Virus record (IMG/VR): IMGVR_UViG_3300017957_001843
Location: 1 to 64,000 of that record
DNA length: 64,000 nt
DNA from: a virus
Direction: 5' to 3' (one strand)
Position numbers and translations under genes: made by a program. Shown piece by piece: positions 34,101-45,200 of the stretch (its first letter is position 1; each line of letters begins with the position of its first letter). The notes under the pieces were generated by a model. The model made no database searches, was not told the DNA's origin, and saw only the letters and a list, made by a program, of their open reading frames with translations.

Positions 34101-36068
34101 ACTGCTGGAACTCCACCAAGTAGATTCGCCTGCGCCACCTGCGGCTCCGCCTGCACCAACATCTACATTAAATTCCAATCCAGCAGTAGGTCGAGTATAT
34201 GTATATTCGGCATAGCCGCCACCACCGCCACCGCCGGCGCCGTTATTTTGACCAGAACCGCCACCGCCAATAACTTTGACTGTTAAGGTTTCGAGATTTC
34301 CAGGAACTCTATAATAATAGCTACCAGGTCCTCTAGTTACACTAGGGCTAGTATTTGGTATTTCTGTACGCACATTTGTTGGGAATGAGCTATCAGTGAT
34401 CCTAGTCCTTGCTTCTGGTGGTTTGTTAAGCACAATTGTACCGTTAATACTACCTGTTCTTATTTGTACATCAAACGCTTCAGGTCCTTCTAGTAAATTG
34501 TCAGGTCTAGTTATTAAAATAAATGATCCAGTATTGTTATTAATTGTAAATGAACCGCTAGGTGTTTCTGCAAAATCATCTTCGCTTATGTTACCTTCAG
34601 CCTGGAATACTGTGTAAAATAATTCTGTTCCATCATCGAGATTGGTAGTAGTGACAGTATATAATACTGTTGCATTATCTTCGTCAACAACATTTGTATT
34701 TGCACTAACTGCATAAGTAGGATCTGGAGCTTCTACAGTACCTAAACTATCATCTATGATTGTAATTGCACCTGTTTGGGCAACCTGGGTAGTTCTTTCT
34801 ATGTTTGTAAATAATCTCAAACGGAAAGATTCACTACCTTCGGTAATTGCATCTGCTCTTATGTTTCTATTTACTGTTCTTTCAGCCTGTGTATATGAAG
34901 ATGTAATTGTAACACTACCTTGCAGTGTATTATCCTCAAAATCTGCTGCTGTAATATTGCCACTTAATATTTGTGTGTCCCAATATAGTGTCACAGGAAA
35001 ATCTACATTTACTGCCTGTACTATGTAATCTACACTAGAATATTGTCCATTAGCAACATTTCCAATTTCATACTGATCTCTTGCTGTAGTAATACCGAAA
35101 GAATATTCTGGATTCTTATTCACTTCGGGGGGAATCTCATAACCTGATAGTGATGTTTCAGTGTATAATGAAGGAGACTTAACACTAACATAGTTACCTA
35201 CTGCTCTATAAACTTGTATGTTGCTTTCTAACTTTCCGTCAACGTTGTTGTCATAATTAGATCCTGTAGACGAATCATTGAAATCTACTTTGAATTCAAT
35301 CTTTTTATCATCTACTTGTCTAGCTTTTATAGAATAGTTATTAGATGCATAAAGACTACTATAAGTTCCGCGGCCACTTTTTTGAAAGATTGTCTGGAAG
35401 CTAGTTGTTAAGTCATAATTACCAATGTATGTCTGCGGAACGTTGCCTACAGTAGTTGTTGTATATCCAAAAGATACAGTGCCTACATCATTACACAAAT
35501 CAGCCCAGTCTAATCCTTTTGCATTTCTTGCTCCAACATTTGCAGTAGAAAAACGTATTTGTCCGCCTGTATTAAAAAAATGTCTTCTATGATTAGCATC
35601 ATCAAAAGTGACTGTAAAAATGTGTGATATTACATCATTCCATCTTGCAGATCTATTATCTGTTAACTCTAATTTTTGCTCAGCCTGTGAAGGATGAATA
35701 TTAAATTTATCTGATTCTACTTGGGATATTAAATCTTCAAAATCTTCAAATCCTTTTAACTCACCCTCAGGATCTGTAGAAACTAAACCATCATCATTAA
35801 CAAATTGGCTTGTGTCTTCAGCAATTGTATTTAAATTGGCTGTAACCCTTGCAATACTTAAATCGCCTGGTCCTACTTGGTGCACCCTTGCATTTAAAAT
35901 ATCTGTATAAATGTTGTTTATATCAGAAGCTCTAATAATACCGTCTGTGGCATTAACTTGAGAACTGGCTAATGTTTGTCCGTAGCCATTTTGGCCCGAT
36001 CCTTCTCCATATACTAACGCAATCCTATTTTGCAGGTTATTAATATCAGCTGCTTGGATATTAGCCAT
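31113..36068 (-). CDS. Large virion fibre/appendage protein (1651 aa) with Calx-beta-like repeats and a glycine-rich domain
   Basis: Shared N-terminus (RRHFFNTGGQIRFS), ADAITEGSESF and PDNLLEGPEAF repeats, Gly-rich block at ~33592-34269. Confidence 0.8.
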   Translation of the reverse strand: MANIQAADINNLQNRIALVYGEGSGQNGYGQTLASSQVNATDGIIRASDINNIYTDILNARVHQVGPGDLSIARVTANLNTIAEDTSQFVNDDGLVSTDPEGELKGFEDFEDLISQVESDKFNIHPSQAEQKLELTDNRSARWNDVISHIFTVTFDDANHRRHFFNTGGQIRFSTANVGARNAKGLDWADLCNDVGTVSFGYTTTTVGNVPQTYIGNYDLTTSFQTIFQKSGRGTYSSLYASNNYSIKARQVDDKKIEFKVDFNDSSTGSNYDNNVDGKLESNIQVYRAVGNYVSVKSPSLYTETSLSGYEIPPEVNKNPEYSFGITTARDQYEIGNVANGQYSSVDYIVQAVNVDFPVTLYWDTQILSGNITAADFEDNTLQGSVTITSSYTQAERTVNRNIRADAITEGSESFRLRLFTNIERTTQVAQTGAITIIDDSLGTVEAPDPTYAVSANTNVVDEDNATVLYTVTTTNLDDGTELFYTVFQAEGNISEDDFAETPSGSFTINNNTGSFILITRPDNLLEGPEAFDVQIRTGSINGTIVLNKPPEARTRITDSSFPTNVRTEIPNTSPSVTRGPGSYYYRVPGNLETLTVKVIGGGGSGQNNGAGGGGGGGYAEYTYTRPTAGLEFNVDVGAGGAAGGAGESTWWSSSSFLRASGGGAGGKILDNTVLSSGGTPGGFVSPGSAGGNGGRGGSGYYTYGGGGGGGAGGLNANGGDGGNGGRSISGILATNGSNGGAGAGGGGGGSGSSSPSLDAGGGGGVGFNQQLDSTGTFGAAGQSGSPGGGSAGGNSGSGATGGTYGGGGGASGGSSTGFNSGGDGAIQISYVEIEVEPPETPELKVAPASTNLTLPPGDTGFATIDIYSIGGNVSVTDIIPQYPSQGALTVSNPSNSAINFPFLVTPLAMKSIKIGAIINSDTQVNMSLLIRHTAGTSISYPVRVTPEVDTTPTYDMSADKSSMTEGETVTFTVTTTNVANGTTLYWAHKSGQAVQSVNGNDFTDGAMNGSITIQNNTAQFSRTLADDGIADAERFGTVLRTTPNGSNLKTIYISYEDATTPPSDVVWTVPGTVTEDVPFTITATGGQPNTTWTINGSGSGLISGTFNNLGNASVQITEPEPGEITYTISYSYPGVNTDTKYVTVEQPQVEDTPLYLSTSSETITIPATGSHTPSTTFKLYKDEGSSPRQLPLDWSAYVSEKPTGVYAAVSPTSGTLQYAANYNTADIGVAATVPDDDNTTYRVKYAFVSPGYSGNYPEFTLTIQREEAPAPTPTYIITPATQTVQEGQSATYDLATTDVADGTSIWWSVYDASGDGSLLGPTTVSGNGTSINITELLSTGEYLVNAHANSQIGPVVDSAALTITEQVTGSISVAAGSGNNEATYSWSTTGATSIYVQIIGPNGALVQRDNQLENVGTSGSKSRTLQNGTGTYTFELFVNGKFIADATYELAEQAATGSLTVLPAVAYSDTDLTYTWSVQNAPGSQVYLEFVDPVTGPIAQLIALTSAGGSFTVNAPDTLGVWNYNLYDSITKEVLIDSTSVEVITTPTPDGTITFGSPLTIYGAGDLVAWSYTTGGGTNFRVIIQDMVGNNIWLDQTFTTSTGSGSIYVPGYVMGVNDGQPTRQVKASLQVDGTTVSQSVIVVETGIDIR

Positions 36069-36077
36069 AACAATTCC

Positions 36078-37553
36078 TTATACTTTTAGAACACATTCTA
36101 CTAATTTTTCATCTTCATCGTTATTTGTTTCCAATGCAATTCCGACTAAAGCATTTGATTGTATAGTAGTACAAACTCCTTCATCCCAAGCATACACAGC
36201 TTGACCTTTGGATACTGGGCCTTTTATCCTTACCGGAACTCTCCCTTTCAAAGCAATAGCTTGGCCGTCTGCTTCTGAATTCATCAAATATGCAGGCTTT
36301 TCTGAAATAACACCTATGCACAAATCGCTAGTTTTTGCAGGCCTTGTTTCTTCATCTCCGCCTACTGCCATTGCTGTTCCTACAGGACATTCACAACAGG
36401 TGGTATATTTTTCTGCTAAGTCGGCATATCTAGCCTGTGTAGCTGTACCTTGAAACAAATTAGCAACAATATTTCCGTCTGCTGTACGCACAGCAACAGT
36501 ATTATTAGAAAGCAATTGACTTCCTGTTGCATATTGGCCTGTTGCATATTTTAATTTATCTGCGTTGTCTGCTGTTCCTCTTAAATTTGTTGCATATACT
36601 TCGTTCCATCTAAGATCAGCAGTACCTATATCAAAAGAATTATCAGAACCAGGTTTAATTCCTATAGAATCAACACGCCCAATTTCTTCTGTAGTTCCTA
36701 GGTTATTAGTTACTCTCCAAATTATACTTTGTGTAGGTAAAGTATTTTCTAATATTCCATTGTTATCTGCAACATACATTCTAAATTCATTATTATTTCC
36801 TATTGTTATACCATCGTTAGGAAAATTTGTTACACCAGTAAATGTTGCGCCATCTCTTAATAAAAATTCGGTTACTGCTTTTCCATCTAATTTAGCTGCA
36901 TTAGAAGCAGTACCGTGGAATTCATACTCTCTATCAGGAATTCCTGCACTATTTGTCACACCATTATCAACTAATTGTGTCCATTTCAAAGTTACACCTT
37001 TTCTAACAGTGTCAAAACCGGCAATAGCATTACTAGGATCAATAGAAAATTCTTTTGAACTTATGATAGTGACAACCTCATCTTCTACAGTAGAAGCTAT
37101 ACAAGTATATGTTTCGCCATCAAGTCCTAAAATATCAAGGCTGACCATTTGTGTAAGTCCTTCGCCTGCGTTTTGAGGACCAATCAGTACATAAACTGCA
37201 CCATTATACACATATAATTGATCATTACCTGAATCCCACCAAAAATCGCCAACAGTTGAACCAGTGGGTTGAGAATCAGCTGCATTAGCACCTCCGGATG
37301 TTTTCCAAGTATTACCATCATAGAATTTTAATTTTGTAGCAGCACTGTCATACCAAATTTGTCCGCTTAATGGTCTTGGCGGAGCAACTGTACCTGAAAA
37401 GTTTTCTAAAAGATACAAAAAGTTTTCATTTTGTATTTCTCCGTACCCGGCATAATTTTTACCTATAAACTTAAGATCTGTTGTTTGATCTAAAGTACCA
37501 TCCTCTACATTGGTTAATATAGTATTGTTAAATCTATCTATTTGGTAAGCCAT
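36078..37553 (-). CDS. Baseplate/tail-fibre protein with C-terminal intramolecular chaperone/peptidase G2-like domain
   Basis: N-terminal GKNYAGYGE...NENFLYLLENF...GQIWYD; C-terminal YADLAEKY...GVIS...AYLMN...IALKGRVPV. Confidence 0.7.
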   Translation of the reverse strand: MAYQIDRFNNTILTNVEDGTLDQTTDLKFIGKNYAGYGEIQNENFLYLLENFSGTVAPPRPLSGQIWYDSAATKLKFYDGNTWKTSGGANAADSQPTGSTVGDFWWDSGNDQLYVYNGAVYVLIGPQNAGEGLTQMVSLDILGLDGETYTCIASTVEDEVVTIISSKEFSIDPSNAIAGFDTVRKGVTLKWTQLVDNGVTNSAGIPDREYEFHGTASNAAKLDGKAVTEFLLRDGATFTGVTNFPNDGITIGNNNEFRMYVADNNGILENTLPTQSIIWRVTNNLGTTEEIGRVDSIGIKPGSDNSFDIGTADLRWNEVYATNLRGTADNADKLKYATGQYATGSQLLSNNTVAVRTADGNIVANLFQGTATQARYADLAEKYTTCCECPVGTAMAVGGDEETRPAKTSDLCIGVISEKPAYLMNSEADGQAIALKGRVPVRIKGPVSKGQAVYAWDEGVCTTIQSNALVGIALETNNDEDEKLVECVLKV

Positions 37554-37579
37554 TCTTGTTAACCCCTAGTGCTATATGT

Positions 37580-37587
37580 TATTTATT
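37580..37587 (-). promoter_or_regulatory. Late-type promoter motif AATAAATA
   Basis: CGAATAAATAAC between genes, followed by a GGGG RBS-like sequence. Confidence 0.55.
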
Positions 37588-37590
37588 CGT

Positions 37591-39519
37591 TTAAAATGAA
37601 TAAGGTGATGTTGTACTTACGTGATCCCAAGTTGTTCCATTTGATGAGAAAGTCATAAGTGTCCTTGTTGGTGTAAGTATAACACTACCACTTGCTGTAT
37701 TAGATGCTACAATATCTTGTACAACTGATTCATTTTGTGTTCCATTTGAGTCTACATCTAGTGCAGACTTTGTTAGTACACCAGACGTATCTGGTGATAA
37801 AGTTACACTAACGTCTATACCTTCTACTATTGCTCCAGCATAAGATGTAGCGTGAACTTTTGCATTTTTTCCTATGTTAATAGTGTGTGCAGGATACATA
37901 GATTGTATAATAGTAGCAACATTATTTTCCAATGTTGCTCCTGTTCCTAAACCTGTAATATCCATACTAAACACAATAGGCTCTTCGGCAATTGAACTAT
38001 CTACATAGTTTTTCGTTGCCGCGTCTTGAAGATCTGTTGGATCAGCTATTCCTGTAATTTTTTGTGAATCTTGAACTGCAATATCACCTGCTGCTGTGAT
38101 GTTTATGCCATTATTTGAAACAATGGCAAATGTTCCTGCAGAGGGAGATGCTGTTATAGTAGCGCCATCTAAATTTATATCGTCAACATTTAACTCTACT
38201 AATGTTCCTATTCTAACTAAATCATCTGCATACAGTATATTAGATAAACTGTCATTAGTAAGTTTATCCTGGCCGCCTATTTTATAGGCCCTAGTATTAT
38301 CGCTCAAATCAGCATTTACATTTGATGTCCAAGAATTTGTAGCATTTATCCAAGTCCAATTTTTATCGCCCATATCAGAAGTAGATAGTATCAAACCGCC
38401 GTCATCTGCATTAGCCCCTGTCACAACGTTTCCGTCTGATGTTTTAGCAAGTTCGATATTTTTATCTTCTACTCTTAATGTAGCAACGTCTATACTTGTA
38501 GTTTCACCTTCAACTAACAAGTTTCCTGTTACTCTTAAGTCACCGTCTACATCTAAAGTATACTCAGGCAATCTAGACGAAGTACCTGTTGCATCTTTTG
38601 TAAAAATACCTACACGTTCTGTACTTGCATCAATATAAATTGCATCTACTGTAACACTTCCTGCTTGACTAGACTTAACACGTAAACTAATATCTTCGTC
38701 TGTAATTTGATTTTCTATATAAAATCTAGGACCAACTATACGCTGCACAACGTTTTGTGATAAACCTAATGTAATACCACCATTATTTGATACAGTCAGT
38801 GTTCCAGTAGTTGTGCCATTTGACGTTGAAGGTAAAAATGAGTCAGCTGTTCTAACAACACCACCTGCTGTTACTAGAGCATTAGCAGACTCAGCAATAC
38901 CTCTGTATTTAAAATTGTCTTTATCTACAATATTAAACCCTTTGTAGATAATACCATCAGGATTTGCATCAGTAATTAATCCTGTAATTCTTTGACTATA
39001 AGTAGGAGTAAATTCTAGCTCACTAACCACAGCGACTATTATCCCTCCTACATAAAGACTTGCAATAGTTCTCGATCTGCTTTGAGTATCAAGAATACTT
39101 TCTACTTTGAATCCTGTTTCTTGTTGTGTAGCTGTATATCCAGGACCTACTAATATTAAATCGTTACCGTCATAAGCATAAAATTGATTATTAAGATTGT
39201 CTATCCATAAATCTCCTGCAACCATAGTAGGCGATTCGTCTTGAACAAATGGGCCACCAGATGCTTTCCACTGTTGTCCGTCGTAAACTTTAAGCCTTTT
39301 ATCACTTTTATCCCACCATACTTGCCCTTCTAACGGATTACTTGGTGCAGACGTACTTGAAAAACTTTCTAACAACCTTATAAAATTTTCGTTAAATGCT
39401 TCGCCGTAACCAGTATAATTTTTTCCTACCAACGTTAAATTTGTAGTAGTGTTATCTATTTGACCATCTACTAAGTCTGTAAGTATAGTTCCGTCTGTTT
39501 TATTAAGTTGATAGCTCAT
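37591..39519 (-). CDS. Baseplate/tail-fibre protein (642 aa)
   Basis: Shared N-terminus GKNYTGYGE...NENFIRLLESF...EGQVWWD; fibre motif DPTDLQDAATKNYVD. Confidence 0.75.
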   Translation of the reverse strand: MSYQLNKTDGTILTDLVDGQIDNTTTNLTLVGKNYTGYGEAFNENFIRLLESFSSTSAPSNPLEGQVWWDKSDKRLKVYDGQQWKASGGPFVQDESPTMVAGDLWIDNLNNQFYAYDGNDLILVGPGYTATQQETGFKVESILDTQSRSRTIASLYVGGIIVAVVSELEFTPTYSQRITGLITDANPDGIIYKGFNIVDKDNFKYRGIAESANALVTAGGVVRTADSFLPSTSNGTTTGTLTVSNNGGITLGLSQNVVQRIVGPRFYIENQITDEDISLRVKSSQAGSVTVDAIYIDASTERVGIFTKDATGTSSRLPEYTLDVDGDLRVTGNLLVEGETTSIDVATLRVEDKNIELAKTSDGNVVTGANADDGGLILSTSDMGDKNWTWINATNSWTSNVNADLSDNTRAYKIGGQDKLTNDSLSNILYADDLVRIGTLVELNVDDINLDGATITASPSAGTFAIVSNNGINITAAGDIAVQDSQKITGIADPTDLQDAATKNYVDSSIAEEPIVFSMDITGLGTGATLENNVATIIQSMYPAHTINIGKNAKVHATSYAGAIVEGIDVSVTLSPDTSGVLTKSALDVDSNGTQNESVVQDIVASNTASGSVILTPTRTLMTFSSNGTTWDHVSTTSPYSF

Positions 39520-39520
39520 T

Positions 39521-41650
39521 TTATTGTCCAGTATAAATTATATAATTGACAGCTAGATAAGGATTCATAATATTCAATGGTGCACCTACAAATTCCGGAT
39601 TTTCCTCTGTACCTAAATTTCTAAAGTCACCTGTTCCTGTGACACCACCTCCGTCTACGCCGCCGCTAGATGAAAGACCCTGTGTGCCGCCTAATCCTGG
39701 TTCTACTGTTAATGTAATTGCATTATCATCAGAAGGTTCTCCTGCTGCTTCTCTAATTGCATAGTATTGGTTACCGCTAGGTCCTTCTAAATCGTGTTCG
39801 TGCTCAGGCAAATTAGTATCTCTAATTGTTATTTCTTCTGCCCCTGCATTTCCGCCAATTTGATCTGCTGCCTGAGATGTTACTCTGTTAGCAGATATAT
39901 CATTCATATTATCTAAACCTAGTGCAAATCTACCTCTAAAATCAGGTAAGCCGAAAGTTGTTGCACCATTATTTGCAAGTAAAGTTCTATCCTTAAATGA
40001 ATAGCCAATAGCTTCAAATAGTATGCTATAATCTGCAATATTAACTACTGCTCCGTCACAAAATAACCAACCATTAGGTAATGCTATACCTCCGAATGGT
40101 ACAATTACACCTGCAGGAACTAAAGGAATTGTGTTTAGAAAAGTACTTTTCTTAACTTTATAAACGCCGGATGTGTAACCGCCACTAGTATTTAATTTAT
40201 TGATTAGTATTTCGTCTTCATTGCTTGAAAAAGGTAATGAATCTTTATTAGAAATAAAACTGTTTGATATACTTAAATTGAATGTCTTGTTAGTTCCTCC
40301 TGTTTGTCCATCAAACTCGAAACTTACATTTTCTACATCTCCTGTAGCTTGAAATGTAGTTGCTGTTGCTAATCTATCTGCAGATCCTGCTCTACCACTA
40401 ACTGTGCCACTGACGTTACCTTGTATATTTCCAAAGAAAGTTGTGGCGTGTATTTCTTCATATTTCGAAGTGCTACTACCGATATTACGTGTACCGCTGC
40501 CATCAGGAACAATATTGCCGGAAGTAATTACTCCTGCACCGTCTCCAGTTCCCATTGATAAGTCGCCGCCAACAAATAAGTTTCTACCAATTGCTGCGCC
40601 ACCTTTTGTAACAAGTGTTCCTGTATTGAGATCATTTGCTTGAAATGTCGTGTCTATTAATATTTGCCCTGTAGTAGGATCACCTGTTCTTGAATTAACT
40701 TTTAACGTACCTTTTAGATCTAGCTCTTCTTCAGGTGCAGCAGTGTTAATACCAATTAATCCTCTTGCATCTACTCTTAAAACATTTGAATATGTAGTTC
40801 CATTTAACATTCTTACGTCTAAAGATGCACCACTACTATTTTGTTGTATTACTGCACTTTGGTTTTCAACTTGCAAACTTAATTGTCCACTAGAACCTAT
40901 AGAAACACCATCATCATTTCTTACATTAAGTTTAAAATTAGATGACGTTTCAGAATCAGCACGTAAAAAATTACTTGCAGGTATAGTTTGGCCGCCTATA
41001 ACAAGGGCATCTGCTTTTTCTGCTACGCCAAAATATTTTAAATCTTCTGTGCCAACTAACGGACTAGAGCTTAGATTTATACCAGCACCTATAGTCGCAA
41101 ATCCCGGTATTGATGTTTTTGGTGTGAATGCTTGACTACTAATTATTATTGCATTATTATTTCTTACTTTGATAACAAAAACACTATACGTAACATCATC
41201 GATGCCCACAATCGATTCTGTTTGGCCGCCAGTAAGTAATCCATCACTAAAGTCCGGACCAACTAAGATCCAGCCTGCTCCTGTAAACAAATATAACTGC
41301 TGTGTTTCTGTATTAACCCAAAGATCGCCCCTTGTTGAGTTTGCTACATCTGGTTCATTTGTTGCTTTTTTTACACCATTAGCTGCAACCCAAGTTGTGC
41401 CATCATATAATTTAAGTTGATTAACCCCGTCGCTAATATCATACCATAATTGCCCTTCGACAGGCCTTTCTGGTGCATTTTCATTTGCAAAGTTTTCTAA
41501 TAGATGTAAGAAGTTTTCATTTATAGATGCGCCATATCCTGTATATCCTTTGCCTGGATAAGATAAAGATGTTTCTTGGTTCAATGAATTGTCTTCAATA
41601 ACAATACTTCCTTTGTTAACACTATCGGTGTATCTAATTTCGTATGCCAT
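39521..41650 (-). CDS. Short tail fibre-like protein with phage tail collar domain
   Basis: Shared N-terminus; collar motif PAGVIVPFGG...PNGWLFCDG...LFEAIG...FGLPDFRGRF; terminal MNPYLAVNYII. Confidence 0.85.
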   Translation of the reverse strand: MAYEIRYTDSVNKGSIVIEDNSLNQETSLSYPGKGYTGYGASINENFLHLLENFANENAPERPVEGQLWYDISDGVNQLKLYDGTTWVAANGVKKATNEPDVANSTRGDLWVNTETQQLYLFTGAGWILVGPDFSDGLLTGGQTESIVGIDDVTYSVFVIKVRNNNAIIISSQAFTPKTSIPGFATIGAGINLSSSPLVGTEDLKYFGVAEKADALVIGGQTIPASNFLRADSETSSNFKLNVRNDDGVSIGSSGQLSLQVENQSAVIQQNSSGASLDVRMLNGTTYSNVLRVDARGLIGINTAAPEEELDLKGTLKVNSRTGDPTTGQILIDTTFQANDLNTGTLVTKGGAAIGRNLFVGGDLSMGTGDGAGVITSGNIVPDGSGTRNIGSSTSKYEEIHATTFFGNIQGNVSGTVSGRAGSADRLATATTFQATGDVENVSFEFDGQTGGTNKTFNLSISNSFISNKDSLPFSSNEDEILINKLNTSGGYTSGVYKVKKSTFLNTIPLVPAGVIVPFGGIALPNGWLFCDGAVVNIADYSILFEAIGYSFKDRTLLANNGATTFGLPDFRGRFALGLDNMNDISANRVTSQAADQIGGNAGAEEITIRDTNLPEHEHDLEGPSGNQYYAIREAAGEPSDDNAITLTVEPGLGGTQGLSSSGGVDGGGVTGTGDFRNLGTEENPEFVGAPLNIMNPYLAVNYIIYTGQ

Positions 41651-41660
41651 TATCTACTCC

Positions 41661-42263
41661 TTACCCTGCCAAACTCTGTACACGTACCGTATAATCAATT
41701 TGTATAAGCCTATTAAGAGATTTTTGTACAGGATGGAAAATTACGTGTGTCAAAAGTCTGCCTTCGCCGTCTGCAGAATAACTTCTAAGGCCTAACTCGT
41801 CAAATACATAGGCGTTATTTTGGCTTGATGCTGTATCAAATGCATCTTGGCCGTCTGGTTCGCCGTAATCTAACAAGCAACTTACTAAAATGTCTGTATA
41901 GTTTACACCGCTTAAATGTCTTACTTCGGTCTTGTTGCGTACAGGATCAGTATTGTTAACACTACGTTCATCTACAACTTTTTTGTATGTTTGATTATAT
42001 AACGTAGCGTTTGAACCAGTGCTATTTGGTGTCAAATATGTAATTATACCAGTAGGATCAACACTAGTTCCGCCATTTCCAAAGGCCATTTCATTTATAA
42101 ATCCTTGGCCCTGGTTAGCTAAACTCTCTGCTAATGCAATACTCATATTTTCATAATGAATTGCATTACGTTTATTAATATAAACCTGTTGTGTTTCAGG
42201 ATCATATATTTTTATATGTCCTTGCACTAGTATTCCGCTGTTGTCTTGCATTTTATCGCTCAT
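41661..42263 (-). CDS. Conserved virion structural protein (baseplate region)
   Basis: 200-aa ORF (MAFGNGG, FDELGL, HPVQKSLNR) between wedge and fibre genes. Confidence 0.65.
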   Translation of the reverse strand: MSDKMQDNSGILVQGHIKIYDPETQQVYINKRNAIHYENMSIALAESLANQGQGFINEMAFGNGGTSVDPTGIITYLTPNSTGSNATLYNQTYKKVVDERSVNNTDPVRNKTEVRHLSGVNYTDILVSCLLDYGEPDGQDAFDTASSQNNAYVFDELGLRSYSADGEGRLLTHVIFHPVQKSLNRLIQIDYTVRVQSLAG

Positions 42264-42280
42264 TTGATTTTCCTATACTG

Positions 42281-42288
42281 TATTTATT
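42281..42288 (-). promoter_or_regulatory. Late-type promoter motif AATAAATA overlapping the stop codon of the 5270-aa gene
   Basis: GAATAAATACAGTATAGGA before the ATG at 42263. Confidence 0.5.
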
Positions 42289-45200
42289 CAGGCAGTTCAG
42301 ATGTTCCTGCACGTAAGAATCTACTTATACTATTGTCCGACTCTCCTAATGTTTCGTTGTTTTGTGTCCATAATTTACCTTGCTTTTTAACAATGCTTAT
42401 TACAGTTCCTTCAATTGGAATTTCACGTAAAACAATACTTTGGCTTATAGGGTCAAATTTTACGTCAGGATCAATTGTCACATCACCTTCTGGACTATCT
42501 TGTTCAAATATTGGTAGATATCTTTTCTGTTCTTGTTTGTCCATACGTTTGCCGCCTACAAAAACCTCAATTTCGTCAATGAATGCAGTCGGATCTGTAA
42601 TTTGATAGACTCTACTTAATCCATCACTTGTAAAGTTTTGAACTATCGAAGTGTCTCTATAAGGAACTGTTTTACTTATGTTTTGATCGTAAACTTTTGT
42701 ACCTATATTGTAAACGTCTTTTATTCCTGTTCCAAGTGTGCCTCTGCGCAATTGTCTAAGTATATTGTTTTCCTTGACAAAGTATTCTATTCTTTCACCG
42801 TCTATAAAAATTATACCTGGTAAATTTTGGGACTTATTCGGTTCAGAAAGATTTTCTCCACTTACTAATTCAATGCGTAAATCATATTGATTTAATGGAG
42901 CTGCAAGTGTTGTTGCAGCAGCATCTAATCTTTTAAAATGTGTTCTATTTAAAATATCTTTAAATTGTCTATAAGCAAATTTGCTTTCACTTGCTTCAGC
43001 TGTAAAGTGCATAATATCTAAAACATCATCGGGTTGTGGAATTTCTTTTAATATTACTTTATCTTTAACTTCGTTGAGTGTATAATCAACTTCAGCCGAC
43101 AATAATGTGCCATTTTTTATTACCCATACATATTTAGAATCAATTGCTGGCTTGCGAAGTTCTATCTCACCTACTGTAAGCCTATTGTATGTAATATAAT
43201 CATTACTATCAACATTTAATGTTGTTCTAGAAACTACATCATAATTCATTCTTTCTATTTCTAATATATCGTGATTGCTGAATTGATATATTTCTATTTC
43301 GCTTTCATCAGCAGGTGGATTTGTTAATGTTACTGTAGTTGGACTTGTTAGTGTGTATTCTCCGTCAGTAATAACGTAAATTTCTAAGGAGTCTCCTGGA
43401 TTTCCTACATCATCTGCTAGTACAACACTACTATTAGCAATATCAAATCGCCATTGTAATTCTTCTACAGTTATTAAAGATCCGTTTAAAAATACTACAA
43501 TATCAGTTGTAAGTAGCGATCCTGAAGGCTGTTGGAAGACTTCAAGGGCAAATTCACGTTGTCTATTTTCTGGTATTGTATATTGAATATTATATCCAGG
43601 TGATAAAATATTATTATCTACTTTAACAATTAAGTTATATTGAGTCGGTTTACTATAAAACGGTGCTGAACTTAATTCAAAATTAGTCTCTGTACCATCT
43701 CCTAAGAATGTATCTTTCTTCAATTGACTATAATTTACAATAGAATTTCCAGCAAATATTGCAATATATACTAAACTATCTTCTGGAGGTGCTGTATCAA
43801 AATCTACAACTAAATTACTATTAGAACTATCTTCTCCAAATGTAACTTCTTGTTTTACACCATCTATACTTGCATACACAGAGATATCTTCTTGTAGTCT
43901 AACATTAGTTGCAAAATGTCTGTTGACACCGTCACCAAAATATGAATTATAGTCTAGAATACTTTGTCCTGCTTGTGACATTGTAACAATGTTCAACGCT
44001 GCGCCTTCTTGCCATATTTCTATATCTGTTACAACAGATCTAATGACTACAACATTATTATTCCAATCTATATCGTAATCTTCACCTTGTGTTAAAATAG
44101 TATTATCTATTTTTACAAATACACTATCTACTGTTCCGGGAGCTACACCTAAATTATAAACGTTTTGTGATTCTACAATTCTATAATTTTGTAAAAATAT
44201 TTTACCTTGGCCGCTGCCATCTCTTGTGTAAACCTTAATATCTAACGTATCAAACACCTGTCCAGGCACTAATTCTTCTGGACCTGCTTGTGCAGCTTCA
44301 CTAATAAATCCGTCACCATCAGTAATGATATCTTCAGCATTTATCCCAGTTGCAGTAGTGTAGGCTAAATCGCCGCCTGATAATTGTGTATCATAACTAT
44401 TAGTGTCAGGTAAAATACTACCGTCGCTTGTTGTTTTTCTAACTATTAAAGTATCACCGTCTAATAATACAACACCAAGATCTTGTAAATTTATAATATC
44501 TGTTGTGCCGTCTCCTGTAATACTTTGTATAATTGCATTTGTGTTTGTTACAGGAAGTGTAGTTCCAAAATTTGGATCGTCTAATCTTACAAAAGGATTA
44601 GGGTTAGGTTCCTGTGAGCTGTAAGATCTTCTATAAACATTATACTCTACACCATTTTCTAGTGGCTTGGTTAATTGAACTGCAATTGTAGACTGATCTG
44701 CTGTGAAAACTTCGTCTTCAAATTGATCGTCGAACTCGTCCCATAGGTCCGTATACCAACCTTTTCTATCCCAGCCAGATATTCCAACAAATGCATAACT
44801 TCTAACTTCTACACCGCCATAGTCTACGCCTGTCATAAGTTGTGCCAGATCCTTACCATACATATCAGATAACGGATTATATGCAAATTGTATTCTATCT
44901 TCTGCTCCTAACATACTTAACGGTATTTGATACTGTACTGTAATAGTATCTCCTAGTGCAGGAGGAGTTGTAAATATTATCTTACCTCTTGAACGTGTAT
45001 ATGATTTTGAGTTATCTATAATATTTTCGTATGTATACTTGCTTCTTAATTGCTCTATTTCATTTACAAAAACTTTTACTTTTGAATTATCTAGTTCTAT
45101 TGGAAATGGTAGATCAAATACAGTTTTATTGTTTGTTCCTTCAAAAGTTTCACTCTTTTGTATAGTCTGGAAGAAATAGTCTCCTAATAATCTATCAAAC

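Noticed and set aside
33739-34215. Plus-strand Pro-rich ORFs
   Set aside because: They are antisense shadows of the Gly-rich domain (GGN codons read as Pro on the opposite strand), with no independent evidence.
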